A stretch of DNA of 63,757 bases, filler included. It is 5 parts of 5 records of this genome, joined end to end, with 100 filler letters (N's around TTAATTAATTAA, not from the genome) between each part and the next. Parts side by side here need not be neighbours in the genome. Positions count along the whole stretch, not along the records: positions 53,809 to 63,757 come from DRR723986_2450; 4 more parts are not named here. One strand, written 5' to 3'. A model generated the notes under the pieces. The model was given only the letters and a program-made list of their open reading frames with translations. It made no database searches and was not told where the DNA came from. Of the stretch, positions 60,485 through 63,757 are shown piece by piece (positions within the stretch are counted from its first letter, which is position 1; every line of letters starts with the position of its first letter). Both the position numbers and the translations under genes were made by a program.

Positions 60485-62227
60485 TTAGCCGCGGGGATCG
60501 GGGACGTAAATGAACTGCCCTTTGTTCTGGCTGGCAACCTGCTTCATCAGCGTCAAGCCTTCGTCGGAGTAGTACGCAATTGCATGAATGGGCACCTGCA
60601 CCTGCTCGTCACCAAATAGGTCAGTGTAACGATTCACTTCCCGAAGGAATGCCGCGACATCAACACTAGTCACTCCGTCTGTGAGCAAATAAATTGCGTC
60701 AGGCTCCTTTTCAATTGCCAGCTCCAGTGATTTCCGAGGAGGACCTCCAGCCGAATTGATCTGCAAGCGTTCAATCCACCGTCGGGTATGCTCCAAGTTT
60801 TGCGGTGTAGCGTATGGCGCAGTCGTCGCCACTTCGTCAGTTTCAGGATCGGGCATGACGTCCAAAGAGCGACTGTAGCAAATGATAAAGTATCGCTGAG
60901 AAGGCTGCAGACTTGCGAGCGAACGCAACAACTCAGCCTTGGCTGCTTCCCAAGGGCCTCCCCTCATACTCCCGGATACATCCAGGACGTAGCAAAAATT
61001 ATTGCCACCGGCGGCAGCACCGAAGAAGGTCGCCGCAGACTTCATCGAGGCGCTTGCCGGGGAGGCGCTCGCTGCGGAGACGGCCGCCGTGCTCGCCGAA
61101 AGAGCACTAACTTGCTCACTGACCGACTGGAGTGAATCAGAAAGCGACGCCGACATATCAGAAAGAGACTCCGATGCATCGAAGGTCTGCTGGACCGATT
61201 CTGTCACCTCCGATGGTGCTTCAATGTCAGTCGGCTCAGCCAGCTCAACAATGGATTCACTTCCTGTGACATCAGAGGCCTCAAACCCGAGACTGGCCGC
61301 CGGGCTAGGCAGCTTGAGCGTCACGACAGCCAGAACAACCAAAAGCAACACGTGAGCGAGGGCACTAACGACAGCTCCAGCCATTCGCCGCCTGCTGGAA
61401 GACTGCCTCGTCTCCTCAGCGCCCTCCATCGCCACCTTCACTTCAGCGAGCAACTTCTTGCTTGGCCGCCTCTTTCCGCTTGGCTGGTTCTTACTGGATG
61501 CCCGGTTCTTGTTAGATGCCTGATCCTTGGGCGACTGGCTCTTTCCGGAAAGTTGTTTACTTGGCGAATGCTCGCTCGAAAGCTGCTTGCTTGGCTTCAC
61601 CTTACCGGGTTGGTTAAGCGGTGTTTCGCTGGGCTGCTCCAAACTCTTTGCATCAACCAGGGCTGATGATCGCAAGGGCTTAGCTGACCCAGATTCAGAT
61701 TCAGATGCATCGATCCGTTTCGCATTCCGCTCCCGTGCCGCCCGGAGCAGCCCGTCACCGAACTCGCCACCCCACGAGCTCGCCCCTCCAGCGACAATGT
61801 TCTGCGGTACTAGTCGCGAGTCTTCAGAAGCAGCCCGCTCACTCTGATGCACCATTTCAATCGGAGCTGCGAGCGCCGAACCGGTATTTGAACCGCCCGC
61901 CGGATCATCACTTTTTTGGGCCAACCAGGTTTCCAGCTCTGAACAGTCGCCGGTTGCTTGAGCCTGCTCCACCAACTCGGCCAATTCAGCGTGCTGCAGC
62001 TCGTAGCGAGCGGCTTCCATCTTTCGCTGAAGTCGCTTCAATTCGCTATCAGCTCGACGAAGCACTTCGTTCTGACCGGTTGGTGTTGGGCCTGAGCGAT
62101 CCGGACCGCGACCGCCAGAATCGCCAAGGCCGCTCGACGCATCGAGGTGCTCACGCTGCTTTCGGATCCTACCACCCACTTCGCCAGTCTTCCCCTCTTT
62201 GGAGCAAAACGCAGCCACGCTTAACAC
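60485..62227 (-). CDS. Membrane-anchored vWA domain protein with long low-complexity N-terminus (start uncertain)
   Basis: TM VVSALAHVLLLVVLA, Ser/Ala linker, ATFFG, MIDAS YVLDVSGSM, PDAIYLLTDG. Confidence 0.82.
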   Translation of the reverse strand: MLSVAAFCSKEGKTGEVGGRIRKQREHLDASSGLGDSGGRGPDRSGPTPTGQNEVLRRADSELKRLQRKMEAARYELQHAELAELVEQAQATGDCSELETWLAQKSDDPAGGSNTGSALAAPIEMVHQSERAASEDSRLVPQNIVAGGASSWGGEFGDGLLRAARERNAKRIDASESESGSAKPLRSSALVDAKSLEQPSETPLNQPGKVKPSKQLSSEHSPSKQLSGKSQSPKDQASNKNRASSKNQPSGKRRPSKKLLAEVKVAMEGAEETRQSSSRRRMAGAVVSALAHVLLLVVLAVVTLKLPSPAASLGFEASDVTGSESIVELAEPTDIEAPSEVTESVQQTFDASESLSDMSASLSDSLQSVSEQVSALSASTAAVSAASASPASASMKSAATFFGAAAGGNNFCYVLDVSGSMRGGPWEAAKAELLRSLASLQPSQRYFIICYSRSLDVMPDPETDEVATTAPYATPQNLEHTRRWIERLQINSAGGPPRKSLELAIEKEPDAIYLLTDGVTSVDVAAFLREVNRYTDLFGDEQVQVPIHAIAYYSDEGLTLMKQVASQNKGQFIYVPDPRG

Positions 62228-62513
62228 TGACTGCAGGCAATTGTTCGCGTGAAATTTTCAAGCACCTGAACTCAGAACACGAACACACCGCTAGATGTAC
62301 AGTTTTGGCAGACGGGTGACTTGCGTCAAGGATCTTTGCAAGCAATTCACACTTTGGCCTTGGCCCCCTCTTTCGGAGTTTCCTATAAGCGGTAGGTATC
62401 GACGTTTCCCCGCCGGAGCTTTCCGACCAACCCGCATGGGTCGAAGCACCGAAACCGAAGCCTCTTGTGTCTCACCGAATTGTGAAGACCAAAGCAATCG
62501 AGCAAGAAAAACG

Positions 62514-63710
62514 ATGGCCCAACGACATTCCGAGCCCCCGATGCCCTGGACAACTCAACGCCGCATGGCTTCCTGGGCGGGAGCCCTCCTTTTGGCGGTT
62601 TCACAAGTTGCAGTGGTTGCCGCACAAACGGACGCGCCCAGCCTGAACACTTCTCCAGGCAGTTCGCTAGCGCGTTCGGGCAATGCACCTACCGGACTAC
62701 CGTCTGGGGCCGGTCAGATCTGGCGCGAGTACGACCTCCGCCCGTACACGAAGGAACTCAACTCAGTCGACCGACCACATCAAGCTATCGTGGATTGGGT
62801 ACTCCGCGAGACAGGAACAGACGCTTGGTTTACCGACCCTTTCGGCTTCATCAACGCTGACCGCGACACCCTTCGTGTTTACCACAACAAACAGATGCAA
62901 GACGTAGTTGCTCGGGTGCACGAACGTTTTGTAAACGGAACCATGCAACCGCAGCTTTACGGCCTGCGGATCATGGCAGTCGGCAATCCGAACTGGCGAA
63001 CCCGTGCCCACGGCCTAATGAAATCCGTCCAAGCGCAATCGCCGGGTGTTCAGGCTTACCTGCTCAGCAAGGAGAATGCAGCACTTCTGATGTCATTGCT
63101 GCGAGGTCGTGGCGACTTCCGAGAAATCAGCGCGGTCGACATGGTCGTCCACAACGGGCAATCACAAGTCCTCCAGCAGGTTCGTGGCCGGAACTTTGTC
63201 CAAGACTTTGAGCCAGCCGCTGGCGCTTGGCCGCCGTTTATGCCCAAAACGGGGGAGATCCAAGAAGGCTACCAAATGCAGCTAAGCCCACTGCTGAGCT
63301 TGGATCGGTCTACTGTAGACCTGGTCATTAAATGCAACATTGACCAAGTCGAGCGACTAGCAAAGGTGAATCTGGAGCTGCCCGTCGGCGGGGGCCAGCT
63401 TTTCAATGGCCAAATCAATGTCCCCCAAGTGGCGAGCTGGCGTTTGCACGAGCGATTCCGCTGGCCAAGCGATCAAGTCCTGCTTCTGAGCTGCGGTGTT
63501 GTCGCGGCCCCGCAAGGCACAACCAACGCCTCTTTGCTGGGACAAGGCGCATCAATCCTTGGCATCGATCGCCTCATTTCGAAGACCGGCGATCGAGCGG
63601 ACGCGCTGCTGATGGTTGAATACCGAGGCGATGCAACTAGCCGGGCAGCGCCTGCCCCGACGTCAACCGCCTCCCGCCCGCTCAACCCACTCAGTCGCGG
63701 CAGATACTAA
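62514..63710 (+). CDS. Exported hypothetical protein, possibly secretin-like
   Basis: Signal peptide ending VAA-Q. C-terminal half has VVHNGQ...EGYQMQLSPLLSLD..TVDL...NVPQV...QVLLLSCG. Confidence 0.7.
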   Translation: MAQRHSEPPMPWTTQRRMASWAGALLLAVSQVAVVAAQTDAPSLNTSPGSSLARSGNAPTGLPSGAGQIWREYDLRPYTKELNSVDRPHQAIVDWVLRETGTDAWFTDPFGFINADRDTLRVYHNKQMQDVVARVHERFVNGTMQPQLYGLRIMAVGNPNWRTRAHGLMKSVQAQSPGVQAYLLSKENAALLMSLLRGRGDFREISAVDMVVHNGQSQVLQQVRGRNFVQDFEPAAGAWPPFMPKTGEIQEGYQMQLSPLLSLDRSTVDLVIKCNIDQVERLAKVNLELPVGGGQLFNGQINVPQVASWRLHERFRWPSDQVLLLSCGVVAAPQGTTNASLLGQGASILGIDRLISKTGDRADALLMVEYRGDATSRAAPAPTSTASRPLNPLSRGRY

Positions 63711-63757
63711 TTTGCCCGCTCCAAAGTGGCGACCGAAGCGATCGAGAGCGGCGACCG

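Overview
The window is not one genome. It is five unrelated contigs joined by artificial 100-nt spacers (N-run + TTAATTAATTAA + N-run at 25097-25196, 39241-39340, 44998-45097, 53709-53808). (A) 1-25096: high-GC alphaproteobacterium, probably Hyphomonadaceae/Caulobacterales. It carries ETF-QO, an aquaporin, a TPR lipoprotein, PBP1A, frameshifting prfB, a frameshifted hypothetical, an outer-membrane beta-barrel, a TIR-TM-FGE gene followed by a tandem-SLATT gene, ADH, PhoH, gamma-CA, PilZ, GMC oxidoreductase, phospholipase C, PAS, TonB receptor, rhomboid, CBS, and rrn promoters with the start of 16S. (B) 25197-39240: low-GC Flavobacteriaceae housekeeping region (upp, GT9, FNR, ABC pair, sprE, bactofilin, atp operon). 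(C) 39341-44997: mid-GC unidentified bacterium with two paralogous TPR-LuxR regulators, a ~680-bp hairpin-rich region with no long ORF, an exported hypothetical and a 34/35-bp tandem repeat. (D) 45098-53708: Rhodobacteraceae-like benzoyl-CoA (box) cluster, a peptide ABC binding protein and an FAD monooxygenase. (E) 53809-63757: planctomycete with glyQS-prmC-prfA-rpmE, two membrane-anchored vWA genes around a composite ~300-bp repeat array, and a divergent secretin-like gene. The best candidates for something new are the receptor-like TIR/CLec gene plus SLATT effector pair in A, the TPR-LuxR tandem with its downstream structured RNA or small-peptide locus in C, and the vWA/secretin-like/repeat locus in E. 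Taxonomic and domain calls come from motif recognition by eye; no searches were run.
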